Part shown: positions 28,101 to 41,866 of the stretch, piece by piece
Position numbering within the stretch: position 1 is the stretch's first letter
Layout of the letters: each line of letters opens with the position of its first letter
DNA from: Eledone cirrhosa
Taxonomy: Eukaryota
Direction: 5' to 3'
Length of the DNA: 64,000 nucleotides
NCBI GenBank assembly: GCA_964016885.1
Contig: OZ024758.1
Location: forward strand, 27,838,001 to 27,902,000
Notes under the pieces: model-generated
Told to the model about the DNA's origin: nothing
Databases searched by the model: none
Seen by the model: the letters and a program-made list of their open reading frames with translations, nothing else
Position numbers and translations under genes: made by a program

Positions 28101-29795
28101 ATCATTCCACTGCAAAGTGGTCGTGGAGGTGCCACGGCAAAAGAAGCACCCAGCACTCACTGTAAATGAGGTTGGTGAAGGGCATCCAGCTGTAGAAATC
28201 AAGCCAGAATCAGTTCCCGTCCCACCCTTGCAAGCAGGGAAAAGCGGACGTAAAATGATGATGATATAAGATTAAATAGAACAACATATATATCTCTTTC
28301 TCTGATCGATTGACAAGATCCCAGACCTCATACACTTGCCGAGTGGGGTGGACTTCAGCAAATTGGACCAAGGAAACAATGTTTCCATTGGTCTTTCCAT
28401 TGCTGATACTATCTACCAGTCGCAACCCCTGGTATAAAGCGTCTTGCTCAAGGACACAACACATCATCAGATCCGAGAATTGAACTTGCAGCCTCATGAT
28501 TGCGAATTCAACCCTCTAACCCATCGTTTCTCAACCAGTGTTCCCTGGAATCCTAGGATTCCGCAAGAGGTTGCTAGGGGTTCCGCGAGAACCAGTGATA
28601 AATAAACTAATGTATTTTAAAAAGTAATTTTTGTTTAATTTTATATTTGTAATTTTACTATACATTTACGGCATATTGTCGGAAAATCGTTGTTTATTTT
28701 AAGAAAGGCTTCAACCTCTTATATTATTTAAAACTAGGTCAATATAAGAGATAGATATTAATAATTGTTTCTACTTTAGGCACAAGGCCAGCAATTACCC
28801 AGTGCATTGCATTACTGGTACTTTATTTTATCGACCCCGTAAGGATGAAAGGCAAAGTCAACCTCGGCGGGATTTGAACTCAGATCGTAAAGGGACGTAA
28901 CTATGCTGGAAAGCATGGCGTCCGACCCTCTACCGATACTGCCAATCCACCGCCTATTAGATATAGAGATAGATATTAATAATGGTATATAATAATTTTT
29001 ATGTAGGGGTTCCCTGAGACATGAACCTATTTTAAGGGTTCCACAAGGGTAAAAAGGTTGAGAAACGCTGCTCTAACCACTCAGCCACACGCCTTCACAT
29101 ATATGTAATCAATTAATTATTACGAGGAACCTTCAGCACTTTAGCCTCGCCATTACCCACGGTAATGCTGTGAATGTCTTGGCTTGCCTCAAAAATTCCT
29201 GATGACTCTTGGGGTCTGAGACCGATTGACACACTTTGTATTGAAACGATGGTTTGTTTTGTTTTTTACTCACTTTGATCATATATATTTTTGTGTATTA
29301 TATATTTATAAGGTTCCTGGGCGGTGAATTGGCAGTATCGGTAGAGGGTCTGACGCCATGCTTTGCAGGATAGAGTTACGGCCCTTTCCATTCTGAGTTC
29401 AAATCCCGCCGAGGTTAACTTTGCCTTTCATCCTTACGGGGTCGATAAAATAAAGTACCAGTAATGCACTGGGTAATTTCTGGCCTTGTGCCAAAAGTAG
29501 AAACAATTATATATTTATAAGGTTCCTAGCAATATAATTGATTATATGTATGTATTTCTATTTAACCACTATAAATATGTTCACAAATATATCTAAAATA
29601 AAAATATACAAACAGTTAATGCAATCAGTTTGAAATGTAGTTTTTAGTTTAAACTAGCAGAATGGCCCGGCGTTGCTCGGGATTTGCTCTAGGGTTCTTA
29701 TATATTTGATATATATATATTTATCCTTATCGAGCTTTGTGAAATAAATACATTTGTTTATATTTTGTTATTGTGTATGCAAAAATATCTGTACA

Positions 29796-29830
<35 letters not shown>

Positions 29831-32800
29831 ACCACATTTCTGCATGACACAGCAGTTGAAATTTCTTTCAAATTCAGATAATTTTAAATGATAGAATTTA
29901 TTTAGCTCTGACGAATCCTACGGTTACGTAAGGAAGAAACATTGTTAGCCAATAAAAATCTTTTGATGTTGTAGACGCTCTTGTGTTCTTTTTCATATAT
30001 ATATATATATTATATATAACAGTCCAGAGAAGTAAGGAAAACTTCTGTTTTTCCATTTTTCCTAAGCAATTGACAATCATGGGTGTTGTATGAACCACGC
30101 CACGAAAAAAAGGGACACATGTGATTATCAAGAAATATTACACTTGCATGACACTAGACTTTCATATAAACCAGTGGTTCTACATTTTGTGCTCATAAAA
30201 AAAAGTTTGTCGTAGATTAGCAGGGTTTTTTTCCATGCGAAGAAAATCAATACTTTATCGCGAAATAAATACTTTTGTTTATATTTTGTTATTGTGTATG
30301 CAAAAATGATATATATTTATCCTTATCAATCCTCTTCACAATTATATCTAAAATAAAAATATACAAACAGTTAATGCAATCAGTTCGAAATGTAATTTTT
30401 AGTTTAAATATGTAAAATGAATAAGTTGATTTTTACCTTCATGAGACTCTGTTTCATTTTCATCTAGACTGTTCAATATTCTGATAACAATTGTTGGAAG
30501 TAGTAGCATATCACAGAAAGATGGTTCTGAAGAAAGGAAATATTTTTATTATTTCTCCAACCCCTAAATTTCTGTGTAATTCAGTAAAAATTTTTTTCTG
30601 TTTTTCCATTTTTCCTAAGCAATTGACAATCATGGGTGTTGTATGAACCAAGCCGCGAAAAAACGGTACACGTGTGATTATCAAAAAATATTACACTTGC
30701 ATGACTTTCATATAAACCAGTGGTTCTAAAGTGGGTTCTACAAAGGAGTCTCTGGGGTTCTGTGAAAAAAGCTATGGTTTCAAATCCATACAATCATCAT
30801 CATCATCGTTTAATGTCTATCTTCCATGCTAGCATGGGTTTAGACGGGAATTGTCCCACTTGAGGCAAGATTGGTTGTCTTGCTCGTATAGGACTGTCTG
30901 GCAGGTTTTCTACGGCTGGATGCCCTTCCTAACACCAACCACGTTTACAGTGTGGACTGGGAGGTTTTTACCGTGTTACCTACACAGCCACATTACAGTG
31001 TGGACTGTGTGTTTTTTTGTTGTGACACCTACACGACCTCATTTATTTAGGACTGGATGTTGTGGCACCAACATAACATTACAGAGAAAGGGGTGGTGTT
31101 GGTGGGAGCGGGAGGTGGGTGTATATTTGGTTAAGAGGTGCCTACTGACTGTAGGTTTCGCTTTGTACTTAGGCAAGGCGGGACTTCTGTATTACTGCGT
31201 AGTGCCAAAGATCTCGGTCCAGTGACATTGTCTTAGAGAGGTGTAAGTGTGTGCGGTCGGAATGTTGGGATAATTTTAACATTTGTTTTAAGTGAAACAT
31301 CATGGTCTTTCGAAAAGCACTAGGATACTTTTACAAAAAAGTAATGCATTTTCCAAGATGCTGAGTGATGTTATCATCATCGTTTAACGTCCATCTTCCA
31401 CGCGTGCATGGGCTTGGGCGGGAGTTTTCCCACTTGAGGCAAGAGTGGTTGTCTTGCTCGCATTGGACTGTCTGGCGGGTTTTCTACAGCTGGATGCCCT
31501 TCCTAACACCAACCACATTTACAGTGTGGGGCTAGGAGGTTTTTACCGTATTACCTACACGGCCACATTACAGCGTAGACTGTGTGTTTTTTTGTTGTGA
31601 CACCTACACGACCTCATTTGTTTCAGACTGGATGTTGTGGTACCAACATAACTTTACATTGAAAGGGGTGGTGTGGATGGGGTGGGGGTAGTGGGACGGG
31701 GTTGTATTTTTGTTAGAGGTGCTTACTGACTGTAGTAGGTTTCACTTTGTACTTAGGTAAGGCGGGTCTTCTCTATTACTGTGTAGCACCAAAGATCTCG
31801 GTCCAGTGACATTGTCTTGGAGAGGTGTAAGTGTGTGCGGTCGGAATTTATCAAGTCGTCCCAGGTTTTTCTGGGTCTGCCTACTCCGTGGCTACCGTCT
31901 ATTTTTATTGCCCTGCACTTTTTTATACAGCTGTCGTCTTTCATGCGCATCACGTGACCATACCAACGTAGCCTTCTCTCGAGTAAACAACATCTGATCC
32001 CTCTTATTTCTAATTTTTCCCTTAGTTCGTTTATCAATTCTACTATTTGAGGTTACTGTATAGCCAAGGTAGCAAAATAAAATAACGGTCTTGAGGGCAT
32101 CGTCAGATTTTATGACAGAACTTGACTACAATATATCTGGTCTACGCTGATGAACCAGTTCAGTTTTTGTGAAGTTAATGGTAAGACTGTCTTACTTGCC
32201 TTGGAAACTATTTTTTACAATCACCTGGAGGCGCATGGCTTAGTGGTTAGAGCATTGGACTTGCAATTGAAAGGTTGTGAGTTCAATTCTCAGACCGGGT
32301 GATGTGTTGTTTCCTTGAGCAAGACACTTTATTTCACATTGCTCCAGTTTACTCAGCTGTAGAAATGAGATGATAGGACTGGGGTCCCTATCATTCCACT
32401 GCAGAGTGGTCGTGGAGGTGCCACAGCAAAAAAAAGCACCCAGCCCACACTGTAAAGTGGACATGTAGGCGCCACGGAAAAAAAAAAAAGCACCCAACCC
32501 ACACTGTAAATGAGGTTGGTGTTAGGAAGGGCATCCAGCTGTAGAAATCAAGCCAGAATCAGTTCCCGGCCCACCCTTGCAAGCAGGTAAAATGATGATG
32601 ATGATGATGATGCCTAGATTTAGTCTTCTACTGAGAACATACAACTATTACAGTCATCAAATGAACACTTAAACATGAGAGAGAAGAAGAGGGAAAATAA
32701 GACAGGTACAAGAATACAGCTGTGTTTAGTTCCATTTGAAGAATGTAAGAATCAGAACGTGTTCCTTCAAAAATCAGTGCTGAATATTTCCATGAATTAA

Positions 32801-35800
32801 AGCAATTTGTGCTGTCCCCCACTTGAGATTAGAAAGCAATACCACAAGCCAGTTTTGAGAGAGAAAAACCCCAAAACCCTCCTAAAATCAATTGTTAACA
32901 GCTTAATAACCCAAATTCAACACTGAATGAAATACACATCAAACATACGAGAGTAGGCTGAAAAGTTCATAGGCTAACTATGAAGGAGTGATGCTAGAGC
33001 TATGAAATCTTGATTGCATTAATTTCAACTCTTCATATTAATAACTGCATTGTTTTTTTCCAGGGACTATGTTGAAAAATAAACCTCATTTGGTCATTCC
33101 ATGAGAGTATCTTGGTCAGCCTATGAACCTTTCAGCTGACCTTTGTATATGTTTTCTTTATGTATAAAATGAAAAGAATAATATTTACCAAATGGAACTG
33201 AAAAGAATGGATGATTTTGTGCAGTCTGGCTCGTCAAACGTTCACAGCCTTTACATATTATCACACTGTTGATGAAAAATTAACAATAACTAAACAAACA
33301 ATTAATTATTTTTCCAAATGAATTCACTAATATTTAAATTTCAACATTTCATAATGACAGTTTCATAAAAATTGATGAAAATCTACTACAGAACACACAT
33401 GGTTTTGTTTTTACACAATTAATAATGACACCCAGTAGCAAACATAATAATTTAAGGCAATGAATCGGAATGTTAGATTAAATGTCAAGTGATATATCTT
33501 CCAGCTCTTTGCACACTCTGTTCAAATTCTGCCTAAGTCAACTTTGGGGATCAAAGTACTGGTTCAGGATGGTGGATTTCTGGAATTATCAGAGCATCAA
33601 ATGGGTATTGTGATATTTGGTCTTGATCTGTACATTCTGAATTCAAATCTTGCCTCTTGTCACCAGAAATAGTGACATGATAAAATTCATTAAAATATTG
33701 AAGAGATCTCTGATCTCAGTCTCATGGGAGGCTTACTAAACTCATGAAACAATACATAATAATCACAAATCAATGAGGAAGTCTCTAACTACAACATAAT
33801 TGTTTCTAAGACAATTTTAAGGAGAGGGGTAATAGATTAAAACGACGCCAGTACTTGACAGATACTTTATTTTAATGAACCCAGAATGATGAAAGGCAAG
33901 CTGACCACGACAGGATAATATTTATGTTTACAAGCTGAAGCATGTATACAGTATGTACTACCCCACCCCACCTTCCCATACATCTCCCATGAGGACAGGC
34001 CGAAGTATATATCCAGTGAAGCCTCCAGTCCACACTGTAAAGTGGTTGTGTAGGTGTCATGATAAAAAGCACCCACTGCTCACTGTAAAGTAGTAGTGAT
34101 GGTGACAATAAAAAGCACCCAGTCCACACTGTAAAGTGGTCATGTAGGTGTCATGACAAAAAGCACCCACTGCTCACTATAAAGTAGTCGTGATGGTGAC
34201 ACAATAAAAAGCCTCCAGTCCACACTGTAAAGTGGTTGTGTGGGTGTCACGACAAAAAGCACCCACTACTCACTGTAAAGTAGTCGTGACGGTGACACAA
34301 CAAAAAGCACCCAGTCCACACTGTAAAGTGGTTGTGGAGGTGTCATGACAAAAAGCACCCATTGCTCACTGTAAAGTAGTCGTGATGGTGACAACAAAAA
34401 GCACCCAGTCCACACTGTAAAGTGGTTGTGTGGGTGTCACGACAAAAAGCACCCACTGCTCACTGTAAAGTAGTCGTGATGGTGACACAATAAAAAGCAC
34501 CCAGTCCACACTGTAAAGTGGTTGTGTGGGTGTCACGACAAAAAGCACCCACTGCTCACTGTAAAGTAGTCGTGATGGTGATACAACAAAAAGTACCCAG
34601 TCCACACTGTAAAGTGGTCATGTAGGTGTCATGATAAAAAGCACTCACTGCTCACTGTAAAGTAGTCGTGATGGTGACACAACAAAAAGCACCCAGTCCA
34701 CACTGTAAAGTGGTCATGTAGGTGTCATGACAAAAAGCACCCACTGCTCACTCTAAAGTAGTCGTGATGGTGACAACAAAAAGCACCCAGTCCACACTGT
34801 AAAGTGGTTGTGTGGGTGTCACGACAAAAAGCACCCACTACTCACTGTAAAGTAGTCGTGACGGTGACACAACAAAAAGCACCCAGTCCACACAGTAAAG
34901 TGGTTGTGGAGGTGTCATGATAAAAAGCACTCACTGCTCACTGTAAAGTAGTCGTGATGGTGACACAACAAAAAGCACCCAGTCCACACTGTAAAGTGGT
35001 CATGTAGGTGTCATGACAAAAAGCACCCACTGCTCACTCTAAAGTAGTCGTGATGGTGACAACAAAAAGCACCCAGTCCACACTGTAAAGTGGTTGTGTA
35101 GGTGTCATGACAAAAAGCACCCACTGCTCACAGTAAAGTAGTCGTGATGGTGACAATAAAAAGCACCCAGTCCACACTGTAAAGTGCTTGTGTAGGTGTC
35201 ATGATAAAAAGCACCCACTGCTCACTGTAAAGTAGTCGCGATGGTGACACAACAAAAAGCACCCAGTCCACACTGTAAAGTGGTTGTGTAGGTGTCACAA
35301 CAAAAAGCACCCACTGCTCACTAAAGTAGTCGTGATGGTGATACAACAAAAAGTACCCAGTCCACACTGTAAAGTGGTCATGTAGGTGTCATGATAAAAA
35401 GCACTCACTGCTCACTGTAAAGTAGTCGTGATGGTGACACAACAAAAAGCACCCAGTCCACACTGTACAGTGGTTGTGTAGGTGTCACGACAAAAAGTAC
35501 CCAGCACACACTGTTAATGAGATTGGCTTAAGGAAGGGCATCCAGCTGTAAAAACCAAGCCAGAATCAGTTCTGCGTGAGCAAGGACATGTTCACCTGAC
35601 CTGGCATTGCCCACAACAGGACAACTCATCTAGCTGATGCTAGCGTGGAAAAATGGACGTAAAACAGTGATGATGATGATGATGTGAAAAAAGAAAAACG
35701 GCTGTAAAATAGTATGAAATACCTAGACACTAATTTTCGGAAAGCTAGACAAGCAGTCCCCATTTCGGTGGTATGTAATGGTTCTTCTGCAATTTTATCA

Positions 35801-38800
35801 TCAATCATTTGCTGTGCTAAAGTACCATATTCACAATTTTCCACATTCTTCTTCTGCATCTGATAATTAGAAATATAAAATAAAAATCGATTGTGAATTT
35901 CATATATCCAAAGATATACGGCATTCTTAACCTTTAGCATGCTAGTAATTTTTATGATTTGTTACCCTTGACACTGCATTATCTATAAAGGGGAGGTTAC
36001 TCTATCGGTGACATAATGCACCTATAGCGTCCAGAAGATTAATAAACATTTTGAAAGCCCAGGCTGATGGTGTTACACAGTAATACAGAAGACCCGACTT
36101 CCCACGGGTACAAGCCAAAGCTGAAACATATAGACAGTATACCCCCACCCCCTCCCACGTGGAAGAATGGACATAAAATGGTGATGATGATGATGCTATT
36201 TATTCTAGTTATATTTGCATTCTTTTCTTCCTATCAGTTATATAACTATACCAATCAAGCTTCTCCAGTTTAAATCACAAATCTGCTTCCATGCTTCCCA
36301 AAATTTGCCAACACTACACCCGATATTCCTCCTCCATATACACGCACACGCATGTATCTGTGTGTATATCATGACTCATACACTGTTCATTTTCCTGACA
36401 TTTGTACTATACATGCACCTTTGATGAGTTGTAGTGCACCTGAGCACTGTACACAATCATTTTCATTATATATTAAATTAACTAGTGCTAACCTGGAAAT
36501 AAATAACATTGTAAGATAACATCAATACACACAGCTACCAAACATCTGTCACACCTATTCTTTATAGCTTTCTCTATTTTACATATCATTTCATGACACT
36601 ACATCTCTCTAGCTCACAGCCTGTGGAAACATCAATTCCTTTCAGACAACCTGCACTAAATTCAGACTATTTCTGAGATCATTATTATACACTAAATCTC
36701 TTTTATCTGTACAACTGGTTTGCTTTTTTAAAAGAACTTTTAACCCTTACAATACCATGCCACCCACGATTCTATTATTTAAAAATAAGATCTGAGTTCA
36801 AATCCCGCCGAGGTTGACTTTGCCTTTCATCCTTACGAGGTCGATAAAATAAAGTACCAGTAATGCACTGGGATAATTGATGGCCTTGTGCCAAAAGTAG
36901 AAACAATTATTTAAAAATAAACTCATTTAACATTGTCTATATCTAAATTAAAATCTTCCTATATAATTTTATATAAGAACCTATAAGTTATTTCCAAACA
37001 CTAGTTTAACCCTTTAGCATTTACATTTCTCGATATTTCCTATTATCTCACATAATATCAAATCTATGAGATTTTGATGTTATTTATTTTGAGAACAATA
37101 CCTTATCAGTATAAGCAGCTGGTTACAGCCGGTTTGAACAGAAAGAGGTGAGAGAATTCTGGCCGGATATGGCTGGTTTAAATGCTAAAGGGTTAATAAC
37201 AAGATCGTTAGGTATTTTACTAAATCCATTTAAATTCTTGGTTATTTACAAAAATATTTGAAAGATAAGCAGTGTCTTTCATTAGAAAAATACTAATGAA
37301 ATGGTTAAAGATAAATAAATAAATACTTACAGAACAATTACTACAGGGACCAACTGGCTTATTCTGGAACATTCTACGACCTGTGAACATCCAGATGAGT
37401 AAACACCCTAAACTCCACAAATCTACCGCTTGAGTTAATTTAATATTTCTTTTGCCTTTATTGTACATAACAACTTCCGGAGCTCGGTAGCTAGGAGACT
37501 GGATATGACTAACATCCTGAAATATTTAATAGTTAATTATATAAAACATTTCATGACAATCTTCAGCCAATATAACCATAACACCAATAATAAACACAAA
37601 ACTGAGTTAACATAAAAACAAAAAAATATTTAATGTAACGTATAAATATTATTTGTATTTTTATTTATACATCCAAATATGGTCATGCTTGTGACACTGT
37701 AAGGTGGTCGTGTTGGTATCACGGAGAAAAAATGTATCCAGTCTACCCTGTAAGGTGGTCATACTGGTGTCACAATAAAACGCACCCTGTCCTAACTGTA
37801 AATGTGGTTGGCATTATGAAGGGCATCCAGTCACAGAAACAAAGCCAGAAACAGCTCTGTATGAGCAAAACAGAGTCTCCTGATCCGACTTGTCTCACAA
37901 CAGGACAACTTGTCTAACCCATGCTAGCATCGAAAATAGACGTTAAACGGTGATGATGATGATGATTATCACCCTCATCACCGTTTAATGCCCATTTTCC
38001 ATGCTAGCATGGGCTAAACAGGATGTCACTTACTGAGGCTAGACAGGTCAGGTGACCACATCCTGATACTAGGTTCCATTTTTAGCTTGGTTTCTAAGAC
38101 TAGATGCCCTTCCTCATATCAACTTCTTTAAAATGTGTACTGGGAGCATTTTATCATGACTCAGACACTAGATAAAATTTAAAAGAGGGTTGGGAGTATT
38201 AAATAAGTGTTAAAGTAACGTACCTCATAACTGATGTGAAAGCTAAGTCCAAAGTCTATGAGTTTCATACAACCATTCTGTGCACTCCACATAAGATTGG
38301 AAGGTTTCAAGTCACCATGTACAAATCCATTTGTGTGAATCGCATTTAGAGAGCTGCAACAAAACAAAAAATACATCATCATCATCATCATCATCGTTTA
38401 ACGTCCATGTTCCACGCTTGCATGGGTTTGGACGGGAGTTTTCCCACTTGAGGCAAGAGTGGTTGTCATTGCTCGCATAGGACTGTCTGGCGGGTTTTCT
38501 ACAGCTGGATGCCCTTCCTAACACCAACCACGTTTACAGTGTGGGGCTGGGAGGTTTTTACCGTGTTACCTACTCGGCCACATTACAGCGTGGACTGTGT
38601 GACACCTACACGATCTCATTTGTTTCGGCCTGGATGTTGTGGCACCAACATAACTTTACATTGAAAGGGACGGTGTGGATGGGGTGGAGGTGGTGGGACG
38701 GGGGTGTATTTTGTTAGAGGTACCTACTGACTGTAGTAGGTTTTACTTTGTATTTAGGTAAGGCGGGTCTTCTCTATTACTGAGTACATATGTATGCATG

Positions 38801-41182
38801 TATATAAGCGGCGAATTTCCAGAGTCATCAGAACGTCAGATAGAATACTTTATGGTATTCATTCCAACTCTCTTCTCTCTGGGTTCAAATCTCGCCGAGG
38901 CCAACTTTGCCTTTCATCCTTTCAAGGTCGATAAAGAAAGTACCAGTCTAGTACTGGGGTCGATTCTTCCTCTATATCTTTCTCATTTCTTCTCTCTCAC
39001 TTTCCATCTTTCTCCGAAAGAAATCTGCTGTACTAGGGCCTGAGAGGGATGGGCCCCACCAGGCTTTAAATGCCCATAAACGCTGTATGTTAAATTCACG
39101 CCACTATGACTCCCTCAGCAGTTACGGAACCATACCATACCATACCATACCATACCATGCATGTATGCATGTATCAAAGATAAATCCAATTTGTAGATTT
39201 CTAGTCATATATCATCATCATAATAATAATAATAATAATAATGAAATATTGTGTACAGTGCTCAGGTGCACTACAACTCATCAAAAAGTGTATGTATAGT
39301 ACATAGGGTAATGCACAAACGTCAGGAAAATGAACAGTGCATGAGTCATGATATACACATGTGTGCATGTGTATGGAAGGGGTACATCAGTGTAGTTTTA
39401 GCGAATTTTGGGAAGCATAAGAGTTTTAAAGGATGCAGTGTCTCGGCAGCTAACAACTGACGCAGGTAGTTTGTTCCATGGAGGTTTTAAAGGATGCAGT
39501 GTCTCGACAGCTAACAACAGATGCAGGTAGTTTGTTCCATGCTTCAGCAACTCTGAGCGTGAAAAAATGTTTCCAAAAGTCATGGAGCTGTGCTGTTTTC
39601 TGATTTTGTAGGCATGTCCACGTGTGTTAGACACATGGAGATCAAAAAGGTGTTCAGGGTTGTTGTTGGCGAGATGGTTAATAACTTTGTGGGTGTTTAC
39701 CAAGTCCGTTGCCAGACGTCGGAGCTTCAATAAATCCATCTCAGGGAAGCAAGGCGTTCAGAGTATGATAGGTGTCTAATGGAGGGTATGCGCTTGGTTG
39801 CACGTCTCTGAACAGTTTCCAGGAGGTCAATGTTCTGAGCAAGATCAAGGTTCCAGACTGATGATGCGAATTCCAAGTGTGGTTGTACCATAGCTGTATA
39901 CAGTTTTAAATAGATGGCTGGAGAGCGGCTAACAAGGGTCTTGCTGAGTGATGCCAAGACACCCTCGGCCTTCTTGACAATCTTAGAGACATACTTTGTC
40001 CAACGCAAATCGCTGCTGACAGTAATGCCCAGGTCACGTTCACAAGAAGACTTCTTGATATCAGTGTTGTGGAGGGAGTATGTGGACGCTGGATTTTTCC
40101 TCCCAAAATGCATAGTGGTACACTTGTCCACAGCCAGCTTCAGTTGCCAGTCTGTGATCCATTGCTGCATTGTGTCCAGGTCTGATTGTAGGAAAGAGTT
40201 GTAGATTTCAGGATTAGTCCTTTTGATTTCAAGGTACAGCTTGATGTCATCTGCATATTTCAGTACCGTGACATTCTTTAAGTTGGCATCTATGTCATTA
40301 ATATATGCCACAAACAAAAGGGGACCAAGAACAGATCCCTGTGGTACACCAGATGACATCTCATATGGTGAAGAATGTTGTCCTAGAACCGTGACTACCT
40401 CTTTTCGGCTAAGAATGAAGGATTTCAACTAAAAGCCTTAGCGAAGTCAAGGTAAACAACATCCACCCATGAGCCGCTGTCAGTGATCCAGGTAATGTCT
40501 TCAAGGAACTCGATAAGCTGATCACAGCAGCTGGAGTTAGGGATAAATCCAAACTGCGAGGGCCGGATGAGGGTGTGAGAGTTCCAGAAGTTCCAAAGTG
40601 TTTCTCTGACACAGGATTCCATCAGTTTGGCAATACAGCTAGTAAGACTGACTGGATCATATAATGATTCTGAAGATTTCTCTACAAAGGAATTAAATGG
40701 ATGAAACATATGTAAATCTATTAAAACAGCTGAACAGTAACTAACAATTCTCAGAAATTAAAAAAAAAAAAAAAAAAACAATCAGTAAGAACTTACATCA
40801 AAACATCTTTTACAAACATCTGTATCATATAAAATGAGAATGTTTTCAATTCTGTTAAACATTTTATCTGGTAGAGATTCAATTCCAGCAATTCTTCAAC
40901 CAATATACTCTGACCATCTATTTGAAAACTGTCAATTACTTCAACTGCAAAACATAGTTTTATGTTAATAGTTAATTACAGCATAAATAGCAATATTATT
41001 ATTACTACTAAAATAAAGTACCAGTAATGCACTGGGTAATTGCTGGCCTTGTGCCTAAAGTAGAAACAATTATTATTACTACTAGTACAAAACTCATTGT
41101 TTTAGAAATGAACTCAGTAATAATCATTTAACATAGCTGTATTTATGGACTGCATGATGAGACACCAAGTAGATACACCTCT

Positions 41183-41225
<43 letters not shown>

Positions 41226-41820
41226 ATAATAATAAATTTGAAGACTAAAATCCAAAAATATATATATATATACAAGTTAATATAAATTAATATATGATAA
41301 ACACCTAAGTGTTTGTATTGTAAAAGACAAAAGTTAGCTAGAATGAAACAAACTAATTCAAATTAATATAGCCTGCCTGTATCGATTTAAAAAATAATAA
41401 ATCAATATACACAAACTTATATTGGCAAATAGCCGTGGTACCTAGACAAATTTAATTTGAATTAGTTTGTTTCATTCTAGCTAACTTTTGTCTTTTACAA
41501 TACAAACACTTAGGTGTTTATCATATATTAATTTATATTAACTTGTATTACACGGCTCGGAAATGCTTCTTTCTTTGAGCTAATTAATTGTAGATGACTC
41601 TTTGAGTGTATACTCTAAATATAATATATATATATATATATATAGAAGTGGTTACACAACCGTTAGTTCACCATACCGAGAACAATTGTTTCACCTTTGC
41701 GGATCTTCAGCTCGTGATGTGTATGCATACAGTCCCTTGGACTGAGTGCTCTACCACTACGGATATTACCTTCCAGTGTTCCACCACTATATATATATAT
41801 ATAAAATTATGTTGTTTATG

Positions 41821-41866
<46 letters not shown>

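Noticed and set aside
39398-40709. Functional reverse transcriptase gene
   Set aside because: It is 5'-truncated, internally deleted and frameshifted.
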